64,000 nt of DNA, taken from a bacterium (GTDB lineage: Bacteria; Chlamydiota; Chlamydiia; Chlamydiales; SM23-39). The position numbers and the translations under genes were made by a program. The notes under the pieces are model-generated. The model was not told the DNA's origin and searched no databases. It saw only the letters and a program-made list of their open reading frames with translations. Location of the stretch: assembly GCA_021780355.1 (NCBI GenBank), contig JAJXYX010000024.1:25597-89596 (forward strand). Direction: 5' to 3'. Shown here piece after piece: positions 9,495-18,269 of the stretch (its first letter is position 1; each line of letters opens with the position of its first letter).

Positions 9495-9884
9495 ATGAAA
9501 CATACGATCGTTTTATTCGGCGAGGCTGAAAAAGGGCAATTTCAAAAGCCTCATCATATACACAGCTTAGGAGAACTCGTTGATTGCTTAGGCAATCCTC
9601 CGGAAGAGAGCGAAGGGCTTTTTTTTGCTGTACAGTCTCTCCTTTACAAACGAAAAATCATCTATTTCCGCGTGGCGGAAGAAGGGTTTAGTTTTTCTGA
9701 TTACTACCAAGGATTCAAACATCTTATCGAAGACAAAGAACACATTCAACATATTCATGCTCTTTGTCTGCCTGGGGTTGGCGATACAAAAATCCTCGAC
9801 GCCTCAGAACTTGTCCGCCAAACCCACAAAAGTTTTTTGATTACGAACCAAAAAGACCTTTACGACTACCTAACATCGCTCTAA
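9495..9884 (+). CDS. Hypothetical 129-aa protein with a weak resemblance to the N-terminal part of contractile sheath proteins
   Basis: ORF with aaagaggt upstream of the ATG. No motif is diagnostic; see findings. Confidence 0.45.
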   Translation: MKHTIVLFGEAEKGQFQKPHHIHSLGELVDCLGNPPEESEGLFFAVQSLLYKRKIIYFRVAEEGFSFSDYYQGFKHLIEDKEHIQHIHALCLPGVGDTKILDASELVRQTHKSFLITNQKDLYDYLTSL

Positions 9885-10459
9885 TTAAAATAATCTTCTA
9901 AACCATCAGGAGTGGGAACCATGGCCTTTGCGCCCGGCATCCAATTAGCAGGGCAAACCTCGCCATGCTGTTCATGATAAATTAAAGCGTCCAAAGTGCG
10001 AATTGCCTCATCCACTGAGCGGCCAAGAGGCAGATCATTGACAAGCTGATGGCGGATAATCCCTTGCCGATCAATCAAGAAAAGTCCTCGGTAAGCAATT
10101 CCATCGTCCTCTTTCAACACTTCATAGTCTTTAGCTATCGATTTAGTGATATCAGACACGATAGGATAAGAAACTCCCCGAATTCCCCCTTTTTCTTTAG
10201 GCGTATTCAGCCATGCGGCGTGGGAAAACCAACTATCGATTGAACAGCCAACGAGCTGGGCATTGCGCTTTTCAAATTCCGGCAATTTTTCCTGGAATGC
10301 ATGAAGCTCTGTAGGGCAGACAAAAGTAAAGTCCAAAGGATAAAAGAAAAAAATGACGTATTTCCCCATAAAATCCGACAAGGAAAAATGATCGACAATC
10401 TCTTGTTGAATGACAGCTTTGGCCTTAAAAGGCGGCGCTTTTTTTCCTATTAATGACAT
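9881..10459 (-). CDS. ahpC: Typical 2-Cys peroxiredoxin (AhpC/TSA family)
   Basis: Peroxidatic Cys motif DFTFVCPTE and resolving Cys motif GEVCPANW. I chose the start at MSLIGKKAPPF (ATG at 10457-10459). The longer ORF to 10591 would overlap the upstream gene. Confidence 0.9.
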   Translation of the reverse strand: MSLIGKKAPPFKAKAVIQQEIVDHFSLSDFMGKYVIFFFYPLDFTFVCPTELHAFQEKLPEFEKRNAQLVGCSIDSWFSHAAWLNTPKEKGGIRGVSYPIVSDITKSIAKDYEVLKEDDGIAYRGLFLIDRQGIIRHQLVNDLPLGRSVDEAIRTLDALIYHEQHGEVCPANWMPGAKAMVPTPDGLEDYFN

Positions 10460-10464
10460 ATCAC

Positions 10465-11100
10465 TTACTCCGTAAATATTTTTTTTGCATTCGTGAGCCA
10501 AGACTCTTGGCCGATTGTTGTGTCTTTGCCATGTCCTGGAAACACGCGTGTATCCGGCGGCAGAGCGGCTAATTTTTTTAAAGAAGGCCACATGCTTTCT
10601 TCCGAAGCGGTCGGAAGTTCTAAATTGCCGATCGTGCCGCGAAAAAGGGTGTCTCCCGAAAAAAGGAGTTTTTGCTCAGGCAGATAGAAACAAACGCTTC
10701 CCGGACTGTGTCCTGGCGTATGAATCACATGAACTTGTAGATGACCGACATAGAGAATTTGTTCATCTTGCAGCGGATGATCGGCATAGGCTCCTTCAAC
10801 CGGAACAAACAAAGGAATTTTATCAGAGCCTGGACGCTCCAAATTGCGATTATCAAGAGGGTGGAGATAAATAACGGCCTTTGTCTCTCGTTTTAATTCA
10901 GCGACTCCGGCAATATGGTCCCAATGAGAATGGGTCAGTAAAATTTTTTCTAGAAATAGATCTTTATCTCGAAGAAAGCGCAGCAAAACGGCTGCCGATC
11001 CAACCCCGGGATCGATGACAGCGCATTGTTTCGTCTCTTCGCATCCAAATATAAAAGCATTGGTACCGAGAGGACCAAAACAAAACGTTTGTAGAATCAT
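10465..11100 (-). CDS. Metallo-beta-lactamase fold hydrolase (hydroxyacylglutathione hydrolase-like)
   Basis: Motif THSHWDHIAG (HxHxDH), then HTPGHSPG and PGHG. It ends 5 nt upstream of ahpC on the same strand. Confidence 0.85.
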   Translation of the reverse strand: MILQTFCFGPLGTNAFIFGCEETKQCAVIDPGVGSAAVLLRFLRDKDLFLEKILLTHSHWDHIAGVAELKRETKAVIYLHPLDNRNLERPGSDKIPLFVPVEGAYADHPLQDEQILYVGHLQVHVIHTPGHSPGSVCFYLPEQKLLFSGDTLFRGTIGNLELPTASEESMWPSLKKLAALPPDTRVFPGHGKDTTIGQESWLTNAKKIFTE

Positions 11101-11126
11101 GTGCTCTCAAAAGACTAGAAAAAAAA

Positions 11127-11200
11127 TGCACCGGAGAGGACTTGAACCTCTGACCCCCTGGTTCGTAGCCAGGTACTCTATCCAACTGAGCTACCGGTAC
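11127..11200 (-). tRNA. tRNA-Arg (anticodon ACG), 74 nt, CCA not encoded
   Basis: The reverse complement GTACCGGTAGCTCAGTTGGATAGAGTACCTGGCTACGAACCAGGGGGTCAGAGGTTCAAGTCCTCTCCGGTGCA folds into a full cloverleaf. It has a 7-bp acceptor stem, D-arm GCTC/GAGT, anticodon stem CCTGG/CCAGG with loop CTACGAA, and T-arm AGAGG-TTCAAGT-CCTCT. Confidence 0.95.
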
Positions 11201-11234
11201 AAAAATTTCTATATTCTGCAACTATCTCGGATTA

Positions 11235-12173
11235 TCATCTCTTAAATGGCATGTTAAAATCAAGCCCTAAATATTTCCGCCAGCCGGACGGCGAAACGGC
11301 CTTTAAGCAAGAGATCACCTGAGAGGAGGAAATGGTTTTTAAGGACGCCGCCTGAGGCAACACGGGTTCAAAAAAAGTTGATTGAAGACTGATGTCAAAT
11401 AAGGGAGAAACTGTCTTATACTGATATCTATGAACAAAATCAGTCCCTCCAAAAGGGGCCGCGAACTCTTTTTCCACAAGCTCCGTCCAATTTTTATCCG
11501 CCCGATGCCCCCAAGAGCCCACTTTTTTCAACATCTCCTCTTTTGTCCGAACCCAGCTAAAATGATGAAACATAGGCTCTCCATCAGAATCCGCTACGCG
11601 CCTGCGCTTCGGGCCTGGCAGCTGGTCATATAAGGCGTCCCTTTCGCTTTCTTGCAATAAAAGCTGCGAAGTAAGCGCTCTTTTTTGCACTAAAACAACC
11701 GAATCTTCCCAAATCGCGGCTTGATAGATCGGTTCGCGAAAATACCAGTAGTTCGCCAATTTCAACACAACATGCTGATGATAATCGCTATCCTCCAACC
11801 ATCGAGCGAAGCGCTTTCCATCAGCTACCTCGTCCGCATCTAAAAAAAGGACCGTCTCAATAGCATCATCAACATATTGCATGGCAAGAAGCCTCGACAA
11901 ACTATGCCAAAAATGAGCATGAGAAACTTGCTTCAAAAGACGACGAGGAATTTTTTCTGGAATATAGGGATATTGAATAAATGTGCAATCGGGAAAAGAG
12001 CGGTAAATCAAATCCAGCTCTTCAACATTCTCAGGAGAGCCGTCAAAAAAATGATCGCAAACAGGGATCAAAATCTGACGGGCAAATAAACGGGCCTGTT
12101 CGATCGAGGCTTTGAGAAACCGCCTCTCATTGGTACAAAAATTGATGACGGCTGCGATGGGTTTTTTATACAT
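11235..12173 (-). CDS. Putative GT-A fold glycosyltransferase (GT17/GT2-like)
   Basis: DxD-like motif FLDADEVAD, plus FHHFSWVRTKEEMLKKVGSWGH, which resembles the GT17 motif WH.S......I..K..S..H. I chose the start at MYKKPIAAV (12173) because the longer ORF overlaps the upstream OMP gene. Confidence 0.45.
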   Translation of the reverse strand: MYKKPIAAVINFCTNERRFLKASIEQARLFARQILIPVCDHFFDGSPENVEELDLIYRSFPDCTFIQYPYIPEKIPRRLLKQVSHAHFWHSLSRLLAMQYVDDAIETVLFLDADEVADGKRFARWLEDSDYHQHVVLKLANYWYFREPIYQAAIWEDSVVLVQKRALTSQLLLQESERDALYDQLPGPKRRRVADSDGEPMFHHFSWVRTKEEMLKKVGSWGHRADKNWTELVEKEFAAPFGGTDFVHRYQYKTVSPLFDISLQSTFFEPVLPQAASLKTISSSQVISCLKAVSPSGWRKYLGLDFNMPFKR

Positions 12174-12217
12174 AAAAGATACACTGTGCAAAGCGCACAG
12201 TATATCTTTCTTGGCCC

Positions 12218-13087
12218 TTAAAAAGAATAGCAAATGTTCACGTCGATGCCGACAAAAAGATACGTGTTGCGAGGCACGCCCAAGGCGGTTCCATTCACAG
12301 CTTTTGCTACGGTCTTCCCATCTTGCCAATACTCGGCAAAAGGTTTAAAGACAAACGTTGTATTGTTGAATCGATCCAGGCCAAACGTAAAAGGCATTTC
12401 CACACGGCCGTTTTTCAATGTCTTGACTAAGATCCAACGAGCGCCGCCTATGGGTTCAATCGTCAAAGTAGGGTAGACCTGAGGCATCCAAACACCATAG
12501 AGCCCTACGCTGAAATTGCGGGAATATTGGTAATCATACAAAAATCCAACTGGAACATAAAACTCCTCATACATGAATGTAGCTGGAGCTGATGTTTTCG
12601 GCTCCAGAGCCTGGCGAAGATAGCGAAATCCAAAGCCCGTATACAAAGAAACCAAAGCATCGGCCCGGCCAAACGTATATCCGATTCTTTCCTGTACATC
12701 GATATCGCGAAGGTCCATGGAGCCAAGCTCGCCCTCTTCTTTCCCCTCGCGCCATCTAAGACTCATTCCTCCATAAATCCGATCTGCGGTTTTAAACTCA
12801 TACAGAGCCTGTGCTCCGCCTAAATTTCCATTATAATTATTAAAGCCGTAGGGAGTAATTCTCGCATGCGTATAACTCGCCCCAAATTGAAAATGGGAAG
12901 TAAAACGAACGGGTTCTTCAATCACCGGATCAGGCTCTGCCGGAACCCCCCACTTGCCAGCTGTCGTTGCAGAAAGAGGACGGAAAACGAGCGCGGCAAC
13001 TTCCCCCTCATGATCCAAGACAGCTTCTTGAGCAAATAAAGCCGCTGCAGCGAGGCTCAACAAAACACTCAATTTTTTCATAAACAT
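12218..13087 (-). CDS. Outer-membrane beta-barrel protein (signal peptide, C-terminal Phe)
   Basis: Signal peptide MFMKKLSVLLSLAAAALFAQEA, alternating amphipathic strands rich in Y/G, and a terminal ..DVNICYSF. A GGAG lies 5-8 nt upstream of the ATG. Confidence 0.7.
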   Translation of the reverse strand: MFMKKLSVLLSLAAAALFAQEAVLDHEGEVAALVFRPLSATTAGKWGVPAEPDPVIEEPVRFTSHFQFGASYTHARITPYGFNNYNGNLGGAQALYEFKTADRIYGGMSLRWREGKEEGELGSMDLRDIDVQERIGYTFGRADALVSLYTGFGFRYLRQALEPKTSAPATFMYEEFYVPVGFLYDYQYSRNFSVGLYGVWMPQVYPTLTIEPIGGARWILVKTLKNGRVEMPFTFGLDRFNNTTFVFKPFAEYWQDGKTVAKAVNGTALGVPRNTYLFVGIDVNICYSF

Positions 13088-13098
13088 TCAATCTCCAT

Positions 13099-15051
13099 TT
13101 AATTCGGGAATGGGTTCGTATTCGGCAGATTCAGAGAAAAATTCGTTCCATTGGTCCCTGAAACAAACACGATGCCGTTCATCAACTGCACATCTTGAGA
13201 GTTGTACCTATTCGTGGTAGGTAGCACAAGTTGGTATTTTGGGTATACTTTATATGTTAAATAAGTAGTTTTTGTTCCATCGGTATAAAAACGGACATAA
13301 AAGTAATTCTGCAACCCGGTGATGACCCCAGGAGAAGAAACTAACGAATAGGTCTGACTAGGAGCTGCATGCACATCGGTCGAATAAATAATATCGATCG
13401 GATTGGATAAATGCCCTAAAGCGCCAACGGTCAATTGATAAGGCCCAAATTTTTGTGTAGGATTAGGAATCTGCGTATCAACAGGCCCTAGCGTCAGCAC
13501 TGAATAGGGCTGCGCAGGATTCAACACTCCGGCAGTTTGTACGTTAACATGCAAAAGTCCTGCGAGATCTAATAGATCATCAAAATCATAAGCATAGCCG
13601 AGCCCATACCCACCTGTCTGAATCAATAAAGGGTGAATCACTTGATCGTACAAATTATACCAAGGGCCATTCGAAGAAAACCCCGTTGGATTACTAAAAA
13701 AACCACCTCTATAAGTAGAAAAATAAGCTGAATTATCTACGATCGGCTGAGTGACCGTATTCCTAGGAGGCAGCATTCCAGCCGTAAACAAGGCGCTGAA
13801 GATCTTAGCCAATTCTGTAACATGAGGCCCAGTTCCGCTCGGAGTCAAACTGGAAGACCACTCTCCTATAGCTCCAGAAAGCATAGCTTCTGTGGTCAAT
13901 GTGCCTAAATTCAACGTATAGCTCTGACCTGAACCAGGCGTTAAATCTAAAACAAGGTTCGTAGCATCCGCAGTAACCGTATAGGTAGTAGCAGGCAAAT
14001 CTTTGGGGAAAATAGTCACTTGCATGCTGCTCGATTGTATCGCATTATAAAGCGCTTGCATGTAACTGGTGCTAGCCATGGGGCCAGAGTTAGCGCATTG
14101 CATATAGTCCGAATTGAAAAACGTTTGAGCGTTTGCGGCTCCTTGAAAAAGATATCCATTCCCTAAGGAAATACTCAATTTCGCTGCTAAAATCCGCAAA
14201 TCTGTCAAAGAGCTCGAAGAGACGTAAGGATTGCTATAAAAAGGGATCACTAAACTGGGCCACTGCGGCGAGGCAGAAGTATCTCCATTGACAAGCCCCT
14301 GAGAAATAGCTTGCAAGATCGAGCTTCGCTTAGCATTTTCAGGATATCCCACAACAGTCAAATTATCCAAAGTAGGATATAATGCTCCAGTAGGGTAAGT
14401 ATAAGAGCCGAGAGTCATAGGCAAGCAAAAATAATCCACGTTCGTCACATTCGCATAGAGATCATAAACATCATTCAAAGTGAATTCAAAATCCTGATAA
14501 AGCGTATAGTAATTAGGGTCTTGCGTCGTTGTTTGCGAAGGGTCATTAATCGTATAGAGTCCCGCATGCGCTGTTTCCATGTATAAAGGCGTATTCACAG
14601 AAATATAAAACCTACCGCTCACAAGCTGAGGAACATAAATATAATAGCTATTCGTTCCCGCAGAAGGCAATTGCGACAACTGGACGCTAATCGTCGGATC
14701 TACAGAATTGATGCCGTTAGGAAGCACCAAAGAACATGTTCCATCCGTTAAATTCGGCTGCAAAAAATAGGCATCGGTGGCCGCCAAGGTTTGTCCCTTT
14801 CCGATGACGTACAATTGACTTGAAGGGATGCCCGAATTATTTTGGATGACTAAAGGCGAGTAGCCCAATTTCCCCGGTATGGGAGTGATCGCTGTCTGCA
14901 CAAGAGGCCCATGAAACGTCGATTGCACAACCGTCTGCTGGTCGTTAAAATACGTCTCATAAAAAGCCCCGATCCGATCTAGCGAAAAGTCTTGAGCGTG
15001 CACTCCAAACATGCACAAAGATAAAACCCATCCCCATTTCTTCTTTCCCAT
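13099..15051 (-). CDS. Secreted glycoside hydrolase family 64-like beta-1,3-glucanase with a C-terminal extension
   Basis: Signal peptide MGKKKWGWVLSLCMFGVHAQ with an AAGGAG RBS. GH64-like blocks are VIQNNSG, VSGRFYISV, DPNYYTLYQDFEFTLND, NVTNVDYF and GLGYAYDFDD. The positions matching the catalytic Glu and Asp of the Streptomyces laminaripentaose-producing enzyme (WSEYTLND / QVDMF, from memory) are conserved. Confidence 0.65.
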   Translation of the reverse strand: MGKKKWGWVLSLCMFGVHAQDFSLDRIGAFYETYFNDQQTVVQSTFHGPLVQTAITPIPGKLGYSPLVIQNNSGIPSSQLYVIGKGQTLAATDAYFLQPNLTDGTCSLVLPNGINSVDPTISVQLSQLPSAGTNSYYIYVPQLVSGRFYISVNTPLYMETAHAGLYTINDPSQTTTQDPNYYTLYQDFEFTLNDVYDLYANVTNVDYFCLPMTLGSYTYPTGALYPTLDNLTVVGYPENAKRSSILQAISQGLVNGDTSASPQWPSLVIPFYSNPYVSSSSLTDLRILAAKLSISLGNGYLFQGAANAQTFFNSDYMQCANSGPMASTSYMQALYNAIQSSSMQVTIFPKDLPATTYTVTADATNLVLDLTPGSGQSYTLNLGTLTTEAMLSGAIGEWSSSLTPSGTGPHVTELAKIFSALFTAGMLPPRNTVTQPIVDNSAYFSTYRGGFFSNPTGFSSNGPWYNLYDQVIHPLLIQTGGYGLGYAYDFDDLLDLAGLLHVNVQTAGVLNPAQPYSVLTLGPVDTQIPNPTQKFGPYQLTVGALGHLSNPIDIIYSTDVHAAPSQTYSLVSSPGVITGLQNYFYVRFYTDGTKTTYLTYKVYPKYQLVLPTTNRYNSQDVQLMNGIVFVSGTNGTNFSLNLPNTNPFPN

Positions 15052-15156
15052 TTTTCGCTCCTTTACCTGTGAATTTTTTGGAAACAAGCCTATCAAAAAA
15101 TACCTTTAATCTTAAAGATTTTTTAAATCGCCCACCTTACTTTTTGAAAAAACCAT

Positions 15157-15207
15157 AGGATTCCACAAGGACGAAGTCCTTTGGTGAGGTTTGGGGCAAA
15201 GTCCCAT
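15157..15207. repeat. Family-A repeat, copy A2
   Basis: aggattccacaaggacgaagtcctttggtgaggtttggggcaaagtcccat. It lies in the divergent region between the GH64 gene and trkA. Confidence 0.85.
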
Positions 15208-15273
15208 CAATAATGCTATTGCGACTTTCGCTGAGACATTCTAAAATCTACTTATACTACAACGAGAAGAAAC

Positions 15274-16620
15274 GTGAACATTGTCATTTTAGGGGCTGGG
15301 AAAACAGGAACTTTTGTTGCATCGGTGCTATCGCAGGAAGAGCACAATGTCATCTTGATCGATTGCGATGCAATGGCGTTGGAGAAAGCCGGGAGAGAGA
15401 TGGATGTCGCCACTGTATATGGCAGGGCGCCAAACCGAAAACTTTTTGAGGAATTAGCAGGACAAAAACCGGATGTGTTTTTTTCTGCGACAGGAAACGA
15501 CGAAACAAATTTAGTCTCTTGCAGCATCGCCAAACAGCTTGGATTTCCGAAGACAGTTGCGCGAGTAAAATCGAGCGACTACCTAGAGCAAGGGGCGTTT
15601 GATTTTGGCAAAATGTTTTGCGTAGACCATTTTATTGGCGCGGAACTCTTGGCGGCTCAAGATCTATTTAAAGTGCTCGTCCATACAGGAGATTTAGCCG
15701 TAGAGCATTTTGCTCATGGAGCGATCCAAATGAAGACGATTTTGATCCCTCAAAAGTGGGACAAAGGGCATTTAACCATTCAAGAACTTGGCCTGCCAGG
15801 AGAGCTCATCGTCGCTTTAATTCACCGCTCTAAAGAAGAACAGGCAGAAGAAATTATTCCCCATGGAGACGATCAAATTTTACCTGGAGACGAAGTGACG
15901 CTGATTGGAGAAGCGAAAGTGATGAACCAACTGCATGAGATTTTTCATATCGAAGAAAAAAAAGTCCGCTCCATTATTTTAGTCGGCGGCTCTGCCATTG
16001 CTCTGCACCTTGCTTCTTTTCTACTAAGACAAAAAATTCAAGTAAGAATTATTGAAAGCGATCCTTCGCGCTGCAATGAACTAGCTGATCTTTTACCTCA
16101 GGCTACCATCATTAACCGAGATGGAAAAGATTGCTCGCTGCTTGTCGCAGAAAGAGTCAAAGATGCCGACGCGCTCGTCGCCTGCTTGGAAGAAGAGGGG
16201 ACTAATTTTTTAATCGCATCGCTTGCCAAAAAACTCGGCTGCGCCAAATCGGTCGCCCTCATTTCCGATCCAGCCTTAGCTCCGCTTTTAGAGACGCTCG
16301 AAGTGACGCCAGCTCTTTCCGCAAAAGCAAATCTCACCAATAAAATCCTATCCGTTGTCCATCAAGAGACGCTCCTTTCCATCACATCTCTCACCCATAG
16401 CGAAAATAAAATCGCAGAGCTTAAAGTAGCAAACGGTTCAAAAATCATCTCAGCGCCGCTAGCGGGATTAAAGCTCCCTAAGAACTTACTGATCGCTGTC
16501 ATTGAAAGACAAGGAAAAGTCACTATTGGAAAAGGAAATAGCCTGCTGGCCGCAGGAGACATCGCCATTGCGATTTGCCGGCCCGAACATATCGATCACC
16601 TGCAAAATTTATTCCACTGA
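15274..16620 (+). CDS. trkA: Trk potassium uptake system NAD-binding protein TrkA (GTG start)
   Basis: Two RCK/Rossmann halves, with ILGAGKTG in the first and ILVGGSAIALHLA in the second. It is followed by trkH with an ATGA overlap. Confidence 0.9.
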   Translation: MNIVILGAGKTGTFVASVLSQEEHNVILIDCDAMALEKAGREMDVATVYGRAPNRKLFEELAGQKPDVFFSATGNDETNLVSCSIAKQLGFPKTVARVKSSDYLEQGAFDFGKMFCVDHFIGAELLAAQDLFKVLVHTGDLAVEHFAHGAIQMKTILIPQKWDKGHLTIQELGLPGELIVALIHRSKEEQAEEIIPHGDDQILPGDEVTLIGEAKVMNQLHEIFHIEEKKVRSIILVGGSAIALHLASFLLRQKIQVRIIESDPSRCNELADLLPQATIINRDGKDCSLLVAERVKDADALVACLEEEGTNFLIASLAKKLGCAKSVALISDPALAPLLETLEVTPALSAKANLTNKILSVVHQETLLSITSLTHSENKIAELKVANGSKIISAPLAGLKLPKNLLIAVIERQGKVTIGKGNSLLAAGDIAIAICRPEHIDHLQNLFH

Positions 16621-18269
16621 TGCTAGATTACCAAGAAATCAGCCGCATCCTCGGAAAGTATTTTAGAGCCTTTTCCTTTGTCCTTTTGATTCCGCTTGCG
16701 ACCGCCATCTATTTTCAATGGATAGCGCCTCCTGAAATGCATCCGCAGCCCCACAGCGCAAAAGCTTTTGCTTGGACGCTAGCGCTTTGCGCCGCTGTAT
16801 CGGGCATTTTTTCCTATTTCGGGAAAAACGGATCGGGACAGCTCGCGAGAAGAGAAAGTATTTTTCTCGTCGTCTGCATCTGGATCGTCACTGCGATCAT
16901 CTCGGCATGCCCATTTTATTTAAGCCGCACATTGACCCATCCTCTCGACGCCTATTTCGAAGCGATGTCCGGGCTCACAACGACGGGAGCCACGATGATT
17001 TCCCCCAAAACCTACCATCCGGAAACCAATGAGGAGATCTCTGTTTACTATACAAATCCCCACGTCCCCAATAAGACGTACACTTTTAGAGGAACAGTAG
17101 ATCCCATCCGAGACCCTCAAACAGGCCTCGTTCTCTACTCAGGAGTAGAAGCTGTAAGCAAAGCCGTGCTATTATGGCGCAGCCTGCTGCAATGGATAGG
17201 GGGCATGGGCATTGTGATCATTTGCCTTACCATTTTACCAGCTCTTGGCGTAGGCGGGAAATTTCTCTACCAAATGGAAGCCACCGGCCCCATCAAAGAG
17301 GGGATCAATCCTCGGGCAAGAGAAACAGCATCGAGCCTATGGAGGCTTTACTTAGCTCTCACTCTCATGGAAACGGCGCTCCTTTTTGTCACAAACGCAG
17401 ACATGCCCCTTTTCGATGCAATTTGCATTTCCCTTTCTAATATTTCTACTGGGGGATTTTCGGTGCGCAATGAAAATATCGCAAGCTATCAAAGCGGCGT
17501 GACAGAATCGATCGTCCTCATCTTCATGATTTTAGGAAGTATCAATTTCTCTCTTTATTTCCATGCGTTGCATTTAAAATTTTTTCGCATCAACGTCCCC
17601 GATTTTTCCCTTTTTCTTGCAACAGCTCTCGTTGGCTGTCTCATCGTCTCTTTCTTTCTCATTGGACAGCCTCAATCCGGCCTTGAAGGAGGCTTTGCTA
17701 CTTATTCCTGGATGGAGGCGCTCAGACAAGGCAGCTTTCAAGCTCTCTCTGTACAAACCTCGACCGGCTTTATCACAGCCAATTATGACAGATGGCCCTT
17801 TGCTTCGCAGATGTTTATGCTTCTTTTGATGTTTATTGGCGGCATGTCGGGATCGACTGCCGGCGGGATCAAAACGTCCCGTTTTTATATCCTCTATAAA
17901 ATTGTGTTGCATCGTCTCGAATCGCTCTACCGCCCCGACAGCGTGCGCAAACTCAAAATCGGCTCTTCGGAAATCGATGATAAAAATGCGCTGACCGTCC
18001 TCTCCTTTTTTTGCATCGTCGCCTTTTTCACAGCTTTTGGTGTGATCGCCTTTGTTTTAGATGGAATCGATCCTGAAACCTCTTTTGGACTCATGGCTTG
18101 CATGATGAATAACGTAGGCATCGCTTTTAGAGCCGCAGGGCCAACCGACTCGCTAGCTTTTCTTTCCAATACCTCTAAACTCTTCTCTACAGGCTGGATG
18201 CTCTTAGGCCGTTTAGAGTTTTATGTTATCTTACTCCTCGTTCTTCCCTCTTTTTGGAAAAATCGATGA
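16620..18269 (+). CDS. trkH: Trk-type potassium transporter membrane subunit TrkH
   Basis: Polytopic protein with TrkH selectivity-filter-like motifs TTTGATM, STGGFS, TSTGF and GGMSGSTAGGIKT. The start MLDYQEI overlaps the trkA stop (TGATG). Confidence 0.9.
   Translation: MLDYQEISRILGKYFRAFSFVLLIPLATAIYFQWIAPPEMHPQPHSAKAFAWTLALCAAVSGIFSYFGKNGSGQLARRESIFLVVCIWIVTAIISACPFYLSRTLTHPLDAYFEAMSGLTTTGATMISPKTYHPETNEEISVYYTNPHVPNKTYTFRGTVDPIRDPQTGLVLYSGVEAVSKAVLLWRSLLQWIGGMGIVIICLTILPALGVGGKFLYQMEATGPIKEGINPRARETASSLWRLYLALTLMETALLFVTNADMPLFDAICISLSNISTGGFSVRNENIASYQSGVTESIVLIFMILGSINFSLYFHALHLKFFRINVPDFSLFLATALVGCLIVSFFLIGQPQSGLEGGFATYSWMEALRQGSFQALSVQTSTGFITANYDRWPFASQMFMLLLMFIGGMSGSTAGGIKTSRFYILYKIVLHRLESLYRPDSVRKLKIGSSEIDDKNALTVLSFFCIVAFFTAFGVIAFVLDGIDPETSFGLMACMMNNVGIAFRAAGPTDSLAFLSNTSKLFSTGWMLLGRLEFYVILLLVLPSFWKNR

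Noticed and set aside
10460-10591. A 44-codon N-terminal extension of the peroxiredoxin ORF.
   Set aside because: It overlaps the 3' end of the MBL hydrolase gene and has no peroxiredoxin homology. The internal ATG at 10457-10459 gives a canonical AhpC N-terminus (MSLIGKKAPPF).
10964-11245. 85-aa and 76-aa ORFs spanning 10964-11245.
   Set aside because: They overlap the tRNA-Arg gene and the MBL gene start, and have no coding signal.
16575-16619. An upstream start for trkH (MPARTYRSPAKFIPL).
   Set aside because: It lies inside trkA. The ATG overlapping the trkA stop (TGATG) gives the expected TrkH N-terminus.
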